Under the pieces are notes generated by a model that had not been told where the DNA came from, made no database searches, and saw only the letters and a program-made list of their open reading frames with translations. Positions 1 through 8,501 of a stretch of DNA of 19,479 nt are shown one piece after another (within the stretch, counting starts at the first letter, position 1; the number at the start of each line of letters is the position of its first letter). The DNA is from an uncultured Deferribacteres bacterium (GTDB taxonomy: Bacteria > Zhuqueibacterota > Zhuqueibacteria > Zhuqueibacterales > Geothermadaptataceae), in the NCBI GenBank assembly GCA_964014485.1, contig CAXHAT010000152.1, forward strand, positions 1-19,479. The letters run 5' to 3'. Both the position numbers and the translations under genes were made by a program.

Positions 1-71
1 CCACGACGGAGATTTACACCCACGTGGTGCAAGGACGGTTGGAAAGCGCCGTCAAACGCGCCTTTGGATAA
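1..71 (+). CDS. 3' end of a tyrosine recombinase/integrase (XerC/XerD/phage-integrase family), partial
   Basis: Not in the ORF track. The frame starting at nt 3 reads TTEIYTHVVQGRLESAVKRAFG* (TAA 69-71). TTxIYTHV is the C-terminal motif carrying the catalytic Tyr in tyrosine recombinases. Confidence 0.85.
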   Translation, partial: TTEIYTHVVQGRLESAVKRAFG

Positions 72-197
72 TCGGCTGACCAGCGGTGAAAAAATCTGCT
101 ATGTAGAATTGTCGCCGTTTTGTCGGCCTTGAAGCAAATTTTGGGGGATGTTGAAAATTCAATAAAATCTGTAAGGTTACGCGAAAAGGAGTGGAGC

Positions 198-494
198 ATG
201 CAAGAAAAACGGCAAAAGAAAAAAGCATCCGGCGATGTGAAATTCGCTTTTGACGAAGAATTCAAAAAAACCTGCAGCTTCATGCTGGCGTTGATGCAGA
301 AACTGATCCTTTTTCATGAGCAAAAAAGCCGTCGGAAAAATCAAAATTGGGGGCACGTCGGCGACCTGAAACAGGTTCAGGCCATCCTGACCGAAGCGTT
401 TGAAGCCGCGCCGGAAGTTGAAGGATCGCTGCAGCAAGCCGTGCAAGAATTCATGCAAAAACGGAGCGCACAGGATGAAACAAGGCAAGGTTGA
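198..494 (+). CDS. Small hypothetical protein (98 aa), mobile-element associated
   Basis: Part of ORF 120..494. ATG at 198 is preceded by AAGGAGTGGAG. The protein is helical and contains NWGHVGDL, a motif I recall from prophage hypothetical proteins (unverified). It lies directly downstream of the recombinase. Confidence 0.65.
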   Translation: MQEKRQKKKASGDVKFAFDEEFKKTCSFMLALMQKLILFHEQKSRRKNQNWGHVGDLKQVQAILTEAFEAAPEVEGSLQQAVQEFMQKRSAQDETRQG

Positions 495-696
495 CAACAG
501 ACGCGATCACAGGCGCTATTATTGGCCCGCCGACAAGATCACCGCCGAAGACATGATCGTCCTTTACAAAATCAGACTCAAAACAGGAACGCCCATCAAC
601 CAGCTTTTGAAAAACGCCGTTCGGCTGCTCGAAAACGCCGAAGCGGGTAAAGCTCAAAAGGGCGTAAGCGTCAATGAGGCGCAAGGTTCGGCGTGA
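475..696 (+). CDS. Putative ribbon-helix-helix DNA-binding protein (73 aa)
   Basis: Part of ORF 400..696. ATG at 475 follows GGAG and overlaps the end of the previous gene. YYWPADKI-TAEDMIVLYKIRLK-TGTP-INQLLKNAVRLL fits a strand-helix-turn-helix RHH pattern. Confidence 0.55.
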   Translation: MKQGKVDNRRDHRRYYWPADKITAEDMIVLYKIRLKTGTPINQLLKNAVRLLENAEAGKAQKGVSVNEAQGSA

Positions 697-744
697 TCAG
701 CGCATCGTGGTAAAAAGTATACGCCCCGCCAGCTAAAAAAATGA

Positions 745-796
745 CGATCCCGTCCAAAGCAAACATCGTCCGCGCTTTCCCAACCGGACGGGATCG
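745..796. repeat. Perfect 11-bp inverted repeat with 30-nt spacer
   Basis: CGATCCCGTCC (745-755) and GGACGGGATCG (786-796), between convergent genes. Confidence 0.8.
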
Positions 797-879
797 AAAC
801 TTTTCTCCTGAAAAATTTCCCGAATAACGCTGAGCCTGCAACGGCGAAAACCGTCGGGCTTGGCAAAGCGCGCCCGAAA

Positions 880-1074
880 TCAGCTTTTCACGCTCTGATC
901 GTCGATGACCGCCTCGGTCGTGTTCTTGCGAATAGACTCGATGGCGTTCATCACCGATTGCTTGCGCGTGTAGCCCTGCCCCGAAAACATCGTCTCGCCG
1001 TTTGGCGCCACGAAACGAAACCGAAATTTGTCCTGATTGTCGCGATAAATTTCGAATTTATATTGGCCTGCCAT
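880..1074 (-). CDS. YegP family / DUF1508 (UPF0339) single-domain protein
   Basis: KFEIYRD..DKFRFRF.APNGE.MF.GQGYTRK.S..NAIESIRKN...A.I.D is the DUF1508 signature. Strong RBS (AAAGGAGAG) before the ATG. Confidence 0.93.
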   Translation of the reverse strand: MAGQYKFEIYRDNQDKFRFRFVAPNGETMFSGQGYTRKQSVMNAIESIRKNTTEAVIDDQSVKS

Positions 1075-1964
1075 TTCTCTCCTTTGCTGTGATAGGTAAT
1101 GCGAATATCCTGATTTGAAAAACCGTCAAGATATGACGTTCATCGACAGGATCAATCACAAAAACACGGAAAGGAACAAGAACGAACGCTCCCAAATCCT
1201 TTCTCGTCAACGCATTCGCCTTTGGAACAAGTTTGTTAACAAATCAGGGGGCGATGCAAGGCTTCAGATAAATAATCGGCTAAATCCGCTGTTTTGAAGC
1301 AAGACGGATTCGATCATATCCAAAGCGCCGGGCCGTCTGTCCGCGCGAATAGCGAACAGCCAACTCAAAGCAACTTGACGGTGAAGACCGTCGGTTACGG
1401 AAGACAACAGTCACGCACGTAAGGGGTTGGTTTCATTGGGTCAAAAAATAGGTTGGCGTTATCTTAGCGTTTTTAGTTGAGCTTTTAGTATGATGCCACG
1501 GACTGTTATCGCTGGATATGTTATTTGACGACGGTTTCATGAATTTTGCCCAAATGCTTTGTCATACATGTAAAGCGCCAAATCACCCTGTGCTGTCAGG
1601 ACGAAAGAGTTGCGGAAACTACATTTTAGTCAGTGACGCTGGATGCTACTTCAATTTGAGCGGTAACGGCGTCCTAATCTTCATCCCAAAATGCAATTTT
1701 TCATCGACCGTCCGGAAAAGTCACGCTAGATTCCTAATTTCACAATATCGCTTACACACCTGCAATTTCCCACTTCTAATAAATTGAGTGTTCCTTTGGC
1801 CTTTTTTGAAAAGGCCGTCAAAATAAACTTCACGAACCGTCTATTTAAGCAACCCAACCTCGATTTTTCTTCCTAATTAATCGCACCTTGCGGGACAAAT
1901 CGTGCATGCCTGAACAAAGTTTCTGCTCCGTCTGTTCATAAAAATCGAACATCGGAAATTCCGC

Positions 1965-1993
1965 TTGCCAAAACTAACCAAGCCCTTTAGCTT
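1965..1993 (+). promoter_or_regulatory. Putative sigma70 promoter for the DUF3857 operon
   Basis: TTGCCA (1965-1970), 17 nt, TAGCTT (1988-1993), about 100 nt upstream of the likely start at 2096. Confidence 0.4.
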
Positions 1994-2095
1994 ATACTCG
2001 AACATACGGGGCATTTTTCTCAGAAATCTTGTATGAAAACCGCTTTCGTTACATCTATAAAGAGAGATGAGTCGCCAGAAACTAGGAGAAATGTC

Positions 2096-4081
2096 ATGAA
2101 GCTTTGTTTTATCTTATTGCTTTTGTTCATCCAACCACAGCCTGTTCGCCCCCACCAGCAAGCTGAGGCTTACAACCAGGAAGCCGAGCAGGCAAAATAT
2201 CCGCAATCCGAGGCGGTGTATTTGCTCAACCAGGGCGAAATCGAGCTGAAATCGAACGGCAGGGCCGTGGGTAAATTTCATGTGAGACTGCGCATTTTAA
2301 ATGAGCGCGGCCTGGATCGCAAACGCTTGACGCTCACCACCGGGCCGACCAGGAAAGTCGCGAATTTCAAAGGCAGAACCATCAAACCGGACGGCGGCAA
2401 GCGTGCAGTGAAAGATGATGAGATTTTTGAAACCTCGTACGTTTCAAAAAACCGGGTTTATCGCGATCTCAAAATCAAATCCGTTCATTTTCGCGAAGTC
2501 TACGTCGGCTGCATTCTGGACTATGAATATACCATCGAGTACAAAAGCGCCATCGATCTGCCGGGCTGGGCGTTCAACAACCTGCTGCCGGTCGAGCACT
2601 CCCGTTTTTCGATCCGCTACCCGGCGGATATGCCCTTTCTGTTCGCCAGTCGGGGCGATTCCTCCGACATTCATTTTGAAAAAACGAGTGCAGGCAGCGA
2701 TACGCTTTTGAGCTGGGCCGCCGACAGTCTGCCGCCCATTGTCGTCGAACCGAACATGCCGAATTTCCGCTCGTTACAGCAGCGACTCCTGTACTGGACG
2801 CCGGACGTCCGCTTCGAAAACAAGACCGTCTCGTTCAACGCCTGGCGCGACATCGCCGAGTGGTACGATAGTTTGTTCGAAGGCAAACTCAATCTCGACA
2901 GCGCCGTTGTGCAGCGCAAGCTGCCCGCGCTTCAGGTGGCGCAGTCCGACAGGGAAAAGGCGCGGATCATTTTCGAATTTGTGCGCGACCAATTCCGCTA
3001 CATCGACATTGGTCTCAACGAAGGATTTTATGAGCCGAACGACGCTGAGACCGTGCTGCGGCGGCGCTACGGCGACGGCAAGGATTTCGTTACCGTACTC
3101 ACCGCTCTGCTGCGAGTTAACGGTCTGGAAGCCTACCCGGCGCTGCTGCGTTCACGCGATTTCGGCGCCGTCATCGATTCATTGTTCACGCTGAAGCAAT
3201 TTGACCATCTTATCACGGCGGCGGTGGTGGAGGGCGACACGCTTTACATAGATCCGACTTATCTCGTCTGTCCGTTTGGCATGCTGCCGCCCTACGCGCA
3301 GAACGCGCAGGTTTTGATTTTGAAAGAAGGCAACGACGTGATCACCCAAACGCCCGCTTCGGCGGCGGCGCTTTCGGAATTCCGCCAAGTCTACAAAGCC
3401 GCATTCAACGCGGTCGGAACGCTCAAAGCCGAGGGTTCGATCTTCGCCGACGGCCTGACCGCCGACGCGCTGGCGGAAATTGCAAAAGTGGGTACCAAAA
3501 AAGAAAAGGACAGAATCTTCGAATCCTATGTCAACGCCTGGGTTCCCGGCGTTAAACTGACGAAATCCCCCTTCGACGCCCTCGAACGCCGCGCCGAAAG
3601 ACGCGATACAAGCCGAACTTATGTTGACGGCAGATTCGCCTTCGAACGTGCGCGCTTTCTCGGCGCCGGGAAAGAATTCATTTTCCTGAACCCCAATTTT
3701 CTCAATCAAGATAACGTGCCCGCGTTCGCGGTTCACCCCAAAGAAGAGCGTGTGCATCCGGTGGTGTTCGACAATCTCTACATTGAGCGCGATACGATTG
3801 AAATCGCCGTTCCGTCCGACTATAAGCTCCTCTCCACGCCCAAGAGCGTGCGCCTGGACGAACCCTTTGCCGCCTTCCGCGCCGAGTACAAACTGAACGG
3901 CCAAACCCTCACCTGCGCCAGATTTTTTGTGCTCAAAACCCTGCGCATCGAGAAATCCGATTACAATCACATGCGTGAGTTTTACATCAAAATCGCGAAA
4001 GTGGATGATGATGAGATCATTCTGAAAAAAGCGGCGGCCGGCGCGGTGACCGAAAATACGAGCAATGGAGACAAACGATGA
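2096..4081 (+). CDS. Secreted DUF3857 + transglutaminase-like + DUF3858 protein (catalytic Cys replaced by Gly)
   Basis: ORF 2033..4081. The better start is ATG 2096 (AGGAG RBS, signal peptide MKLCFILLLLFIQ). Motifs: RILNERG, GRTIKPDG, VGCILDYEY, IFEFVRDQFRY, YGDGKDF (family GDCKD), FDHLI, YIDPT, and C-terminal R.HPV.F...DTIEIAVP.DY. Confidence 0.9.
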   Translation: MKLCFILLLLFIQPQPVRPHQQAEAYNQEAEQAKYPQSEAVYLLNQGEIELKSNGRAVGKFHVRLRILNERGLDRKRLTLTTGPTRKVANFKGRTIKPDGGKRAVKDDEIFETSYVSKNRVYRDLKIKSVHFREVYVGCILDYEYTIEYKSAIDLPGWAFNNLLPVEHSRFSIRYPADMPFLFASRGDSSDIHFEKTSAGSDTLLSWAADSLPPIVVEPNMPNFRSLQQRLLYWTPDVRFENKTVSFNAWRDIAEWYDSLFEGKLNLDSAVVQRKLPALQVAQSDREKARIIFEFVRDQFRYIDIGLNEGFYEPNDAETVLRRRYGDGKDFVTVLTALLRVNGLEAYPALLRSRDFGAVIDSLFTLKQFDHLITAAVVEGDTLYIDPTYLVCPFGMLPPYAQNAQVLILKEGNDVITQTPASAAALSEFRQVYKAAFNAVGTLKAEGSIFADGLTADALAEIAKVGTKKEKDRIFESYVNAWVPGVKLTKSPFDALERRAERRDTSRTYVDGRFAFERARFLGAGKEFIFLNPNFLNQDNVPAFAVHPKEERVHPVVFDNLYIERDTIEIAVPSDYKLLSTPKSVRLDEPFAAFRAEYKLNGQTLTCARFFVLKTLRIEKSDYNHMREFYIKIAKVDDDEIILKKAAAGAVTENTSNGDKR

Positions 4082-6189
4082 GTCTGTTCAAGCGTTTCCT
4101 CATTATCGGCGGTTTTATCATCCTTTGCGGCGTCAATGCACGGCTGAACGGGCAGACCGAAAATCCTTCAAAATTCTTGTACCCGCTGCCAAACCAAACA
4201 ACAACCGCCCAATTCAGCGATTCGTCAAGTCTGGATATTATTCTTGACAAAACCTCGATTATGTTTGCGGATTTTTCATCTATAGATAGGTCGGGATATG
4301 ATTTTAATAAGTCTACGAACTATATTTTATATGATGGGGTGTTTTTGCGTGTTCAGCAAAGAATACCTATTCGGGACCCTTTGAGTCCCATAGGCGACTG
4401 GCTTGATTCTTCTGATCCTAAAGATTTCTTTGTATTTACAAGAATCTTCATTGCAAAAATTTTAAATCCACAGGGCGTAAACGTCGCTGATATTAGAACG
4501 CCGTCTTATGATCGAAAGAATTTCTTTGGTTATCCCATCGAAATACGAGGGCGGACGCGTACGCCCGACGGCGGGATCATCGAATTGAATCAGAGTGAAA
4601 TAAGCAGGATCAAAATGGCCGAAGATCAATACCAATCCGTTTTTTCGCTGCCAGGGGTAGAAAAGGGCTCCATTATCCAGTTCGAATACGTCATCGTTTA
4701 TGACCATCACATCCAGCTTTCGCATGTCTTCGAATCGAATCATTCATTTCCAAGCAAGCAGATCATATTCGAGGTCGTCCCGCCGCAAAGCAAAAGTCTC
4801 GATCTGCTCCTTGAATCGTTCCCGGAGAATTCTCTTCCTGCGCCGATCGACATATCGTTAAATCCTGTGCTCGACCTGCCCAAAATCGTCTGGAGGATGG
4901 AAAATAATCCTGAAATCCAGATCGAAGATTTTATGCCTTCCGAAAGCGCTCTGACGCCAAAAGCGTATTTCAGCGTTTTAAGCTCGAAAAGACTTGCGCA
5001 GCGATTGTATCGCTCTAAATGGAGCGGCTACGGCAAGGAAACGCTGTGGAAAAAAAGGATCGAGCCCAAACTCAAGCGCGATTCAGGCGTGAAAAATGCG
5101 GTTCAAAAGCAGGTCAAAAATCTGAAAAACCGGCAAGAGAAAGTCGAAAAGCTGTTATCGTTTTTCCAAAACAACTTTCACAGTTTGTACATCGATGTTT
5201 TACCGGATCAACATCTCGAACGGACTTTCAAGGAAAAAGCAGGCGGCCGCGGCGACTTGGCGGCGCTTTTTTATCAAATGCTGAAGCACGCGGGCGTGAA
5301 GCCGCATTTTGCTTTAACCCGCAGCCGTTCAAAAGGCGGTTATCCGAAGAAGGCGCCGATGATCGACTGGTTCGACCGCATGCTGATCATGGTTGCGTAT
5401 CAGGGCGACACCGTTTGGGTCGATCCGTCGTCGCGCACCTCGAAATTCGGCGTGCTGCCGATGGAAGCGCAGGGCGTGGATGCGTTTGTGTTCAACCACA
5501 AAGACGCGTTTTTCACCAAAACGCCGGCTACCGATTTGGAACAGAATTACGAAATCAAAACCTTCAACGCGCGCCTCCGCGACGACGGCAGGCTGGCGGT
5601 TTCGACCTTGTTCAATCGCGCGGGGGAGTACGATCGCTTGCAGCGGCTGGATTACAAGGACGCTTATCAGCGGGAAATCCGCCGCGGCCTGCGCCGCCAA
5701 ATCGTCTCGCATTTTCCCGAAGCGGTTTTGAAGGAGAACTTCCGCATCAGCGATGTGAAAGATTACGCCACCAATTTCACCGTCAGTTTTGATTTCGAGA
5801 CGCCGCATTTTCTGACCGAGTCTGACAGCGGCGGGTTTTCGTATTTCGAGCCGTTTTTGTTGAGCGATTCGGAATGGCTGCCGGAACTGGCCGTGCGTCC
5901 GCGCAAGCACCGGATCCAGCTTCCGTTTGCGCATCGCAAAACCACAAGAGTGACCTGGGAGATTCCGCCGTCATTCGAGATCGCCGCCTTGCCGGAGTCG
6001 AGAAACGATTCGACCTCTTTCGCGCATTACGTCTCGCGGTTTGAAGTCGCGGGCAATAAAATCACGGCGGAGCGCATACTGCGCCTGCGCCGCGAAATGC
6101 TGGACCAAACGGAAGCCGGAGCGCTGCGTGAGTTCGCCGGGAAGATTCGGGTGAATGGAAAAGAGAAGATCGTTGTTCGAAAAAAATAA
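4078..6189 (+). CDS. Second secreted DUF3857 + degenerate transglutaminase-like protein
   Basis: ATGA overlap with the upstream paralog and an N-terminal signal peptide. Motifs KILNPQG, GRTRTPDG, PGVEKGSIIQFEY, WVDPS. The Cys site reads GGRGDL and the His site reads FDRML, so it is probably inactive. Confidence 0.9.
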   Translation: MSLFKRFLIIGGFIILCGVNARLNGQTENPSKFLYPLPNQTTTAQFSDSSSLDIILDKTSIMFADFSSIDRSGYDFNKSTNYILYDGVFLRVQQRIPIRDPLSPIGDWLDSSDPKDFFVFTRIFIAKILNPQGVNVADIRTPSYDRKNFFGYPIEIRGRTRTPDGGIIELNQSEISRIKMAEDQYQSVFSLPGVEKGSIIQFEYVIVYDHHIQLSHVFESNHSFPSKQIIFEVVPPQSKSLDLLLESFPENSLPAPIDISLNPVLDLPKIVWRMENNPEIQIEDFMPSESALTPKAYFSVLSSKRLAQRLYRSKWSGYGKETLWKKRIEPKLKRDSGVKNAVQKQVKNLKNRQEKVEKLLSFFQNNFHSLYIDVLPDQHLERTFKEKAGGRGDLAALFYQMLKHAGVKPHFALTRSRSKGGYPKKAPMIDWFDRMLIMVAYQGDTVWVDPSSRTSKFGVLPMEAQGVDAFVFNHKDAFFTKTPATDLEQNYEIKTFNARLRDDGRLAVSTLFNRAGEYDRLQRLDYKDAYQREIRRGLRRQIVSHFPEAVLKENFRISDVKDYATNFTVSFDFETPHFLTESDSGGFSYFEPFLLSDSEWLPELAVRPRKHRIQLPFAHRKTTRVTWEIPPSFEIAALPESRNDSTSFAHYVSRFEVAGNKITAERILRLRREMLDQTEAGALREFAGKIRVNGKEKIVVRKK

Positions 6190-6192
6190 GAG

Positions 6193-6331
6193 GGAGTTCA
6201 CTCCGAAGCGTCGGAGTGCTTGACAGCGCCCAAAAACACGCTGAAGCGTGGACTACAAACGACAGAGCTTCTCTTTACGCTCGGAGGAAAAAACGCACTG
6301 TCGTTTGCAGTCCATGCTTTAGCATGTTTTT
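6193..6331. repeat. Cluster of three REP-like palindromes in alternating orientation (BIME/REPIN-like)
   Basis: (+) GGAG-tt-CACTCCGA-agcg-TCGGAGTG at 6193-6218; (-) GTAG-tc-CACGCT-tc-AGCGTG at 6256-6237; (+) GCAG-tc-CATGCT-tt-AGCATG at 6307-6326. 6232-6265 and 6298-6331 form a 34-nt inverted repeat with 4 mismatches. Confidence 0.8.
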
Positions 6332-6378
6332 ACTCGTTCCCCAATTTAACGAGCATTTTCTTAGGATTACGCAGGAAC

Positions 6379-8484
6379 ATGAACTTTGTAAAAGATTGGC
6401 TCAAAAAAATGAAGACGTCGACATCTCTTGTGACAATCAGAATACTGTTGTCTGCGATGCTGCTCTGGCTGAATCCGAACGGCGTTTATGCGCAAAATGA
6501 TAAAGCGGAAACGTTCTTCTCGGATGCGCAAACGGCGTTTAACCGGACGCAGTGGGAAACGTGCGTCGTGCTCTGCGATTCGGCGTCGGCGCTTCAGCCC
6601 GGCTTTACTAAAAGTGCGCAATTGCGAAAAACCGCGCTGGATAAATGGATTCAAAAGGCGGATCAGTTTTTCAATTTATCCGAACATCGCGATGCGTTGA
6701 TTGAATATGAGAAGATTCTCAGGCATGAAAAAAGCCTCGTCCGCTTGTTTGAAAACGCTGCGAAATGCGCGCATCAAATCGGCGAATTCGAGCGCGGGTT
6801 CAAACTGCGGCGGGAATGGGCTGTGCTTTTCCCGGATGATTTCGAGGCGCAGTATCAGCTCGCCGTTTTTTTCGTCGGTCAATGCCGCTGGCCGGAGGCG
6901 GTCACGGTCTTGCGGCGGGCGCTCGAGTTGAAGCCGTTTCACAATGAAGCGAAGAATCATCTCAAAAAAAGCCTGCTTTACAGCACGCGCGCACAAGTCT
7001 GGGAAAACCTCGCGGACAGTCTGCGCGCAGCCGGCGACTGGCGGGAAGCCAATGTTTACCTCGATTCTCTAATCGCTATGCCGTGCGCGGATTTTGATTT
7101 CAAGAAACAACAAGACACGACGAACTACCGAATTTTGAAAGATGATCTGGATGGGGCGCTGGCGGAAAGTGATGTTCTCCGCGCCATGCCGCTTTTCAGC
7201 AAGTTCAGCGATCATTCTCTGCGAAATCAGGATGAGATGATCGATTATCAAAATCGGGTGCTGGATTTGTTTCGCAATCCGCCGCCGTCTCCGGTCAGGA
7301 TTGCGGAGATTCAAGCGCGTGACATTTTTGCGTCGCAGGCGGGTTTTCATCGGCGCAATCCGTGGCTGGAGGTCGAGTTGAGGCACGAGGGCGAAGACGT
7401 CGTTTTTGTTACACTGACCGCCGAGGTCAATCGTTACGATCTCAAAACCCGGGAATTGTTTGTATTCCATCCGGATTCCGGCAAAACGAAAACGGTCACG
7501 CTTCGTCTCGAGTCTTCCGACAAATTTCTCAAACAGCGGAAAGAAATTCGCCGCGAGGTCAGAGCGTCGGTGCGTTTGGAATCATACAGCGGGAAAGTGC
7601 ATAAAACAGTTGAGGCGTTCAGTCCGGAATTCATGGTTTACGGCAGGGGCAGCGTCGATTGGCAAAACGGCGTCGGTCCAGCAGCGGCGTTTGTGCTTTC
7701 GGAAGACAGGCTCGTGACGCAAATCGCGGACGCGGCGCAAATGATGTATCATGCGATGGCGGATTCAGTAGTTATCAACGAGAAAATCTCATTGGCGGCG
7801 CTGGTTTTCGAGATTTTGTCGCGTTACGGCGTCCGCTACAAATCCGACGGCGGCTTCGCGCAGAGAAGTGTTGACATAATTCAATATCCGTTCGAGCTTT
7901 TGCAATCCAGGCTCGGCGACTGCGACGACATGACCGTTTTATACGCTTCTATTTTGGAAAACCTGGGCATAGAAACGGCGATGCTCGATGTTCCCGGGCA
8001 TATTTTGCTGATGTTTGACACGGGGATTCACGACGCGCGGCGCCAGCGGATGATTCTGCCGAACGAGCAGTATGTGCGTTACAGAGACCGTATCTGGCTG
8101 CCGGTGGAAACAACGTTTTTGGGCAAGCCTTTCACCGAAGCGCTGGCCGAGGGGATGCGGCAATATCGACACGTTCGGGGCAGGGAAAAATCCGCCGTCA
8201 CCGAAACGCAAAAAGCATGGGAGACCTGGCCGCCGACGCCGCAAGTTCACAACGTCTCCGCATTGTCCCTGCCGGGTGCGGCGCTGATGCAGCCGTCGTT
8301 TCGTTTTTTCCGCGAACAAACCGCTGGGCGTCAAGAATCGTTTTTGCAAAGCTTCGAAGAAAGGCTGCGCCGAACGCCGTGCGACCCCGCCGTTTTTTCA
8401 GAATATTTGAAAGTTTTGATTCTCGGGGGAAAAAACGAATCCGCCAAATCGCTGCAAAAACGTTGGAGTCGCTGCAAGAATTAG
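6379..8484 (+). CDS. Secreted TPR-repeat protein with C-terminal transglutaminase-like (cysteine protease fold) domain
   Basis: ORF 6220..8484, but the TTG start lies in the REP cluster. The likely start is ATG 6379 (or 6409), giving a signal peptide ending VYA|Q. TPRs include FPDDFEAQYQLA..AVTVLRRALELKP. Catalytic-type motifs are GDCDD (Cys 7921-7923), PGH and WLPVETT. Confidence 0.88.
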   Translation: MNFVKDWLKKMKTSTSLVTIRILLSAMLLWLNPNGVYAQNDKAETFFSDAQTAFNRTQWETCVVLCDSASALQPGFTKSAQLRKTALDKWIQKADQFFNLSEHRDALIEYEKILRHEKSLVRLFENAAKCAHQIGEFERGFKLRREWAVLFPDDFEAQYQLAVFFVGQCRWPEAVTVLRRALELKPFHNEAKNHLKKSLLYSTRAQVWENLADSLRAAGDWREANVYLDSLIAMPCADFDFKKQQDTTNYRILKDDLDGALAESDVLRAMPLFSKFSDHSLRNQDEMIDYQNRVLDLFRNPPPSPVRIAEIQARDIFASQAGFHRRNPWLEVELRHEGEDVVFVTLTAEVNRYDLKTRELFVFHPDSGKTKTVTLRLESSDKFLKQRKEIRREVRASVRLESYSGKVHKTVEAFSPEFMVYGRGSVDWQNGVGPAAAFVLSEDRLVTQIADAAQMMYHAMADSVVINEKISLAALVFEILSRYGVRYKSDGGFAQRSVDIIQYPFELLQSRLGDCDDMTVLYASILENLGIETAMLDVPGHILLMFDTGIHDARRQRMILPNEQYVRYRDRIWLPVETTFLGKPFTEALAEGMRQYRHVRGREKSAVTETQKAWETWPPTPQVHNVSALSLPGAALMQPSFRFFREQTAGRQESFLQSFEERLRRTPCDPAVFSEYLKVLILGGKNESAKSLQKRWSRCKN

Positions 8485-8501
8485 CAACGCTTGCCTGTAA
8501 G

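Noticed and set aside
1..1100. Integron (IntI plus attC cassettes)
   Set aside because: IYTHV is shared by many tyrosine recombinases, the downstream genes are co-oriented with the recombinase, and I found no convincing RYYYAAC...GTTRRRY attC sites.
1518..1787. 89-aa ORF on + (also 1115..1297)
   Set aside because: No RBS, no recognisable motif and atypical composition; probably spurious.
6220..6378. N-terminal extension of the TPR-TGase from TTG 6220
   Set aside because: It runs through the REP palindromes, and a signal peptide only appears after Met 6379/6409.
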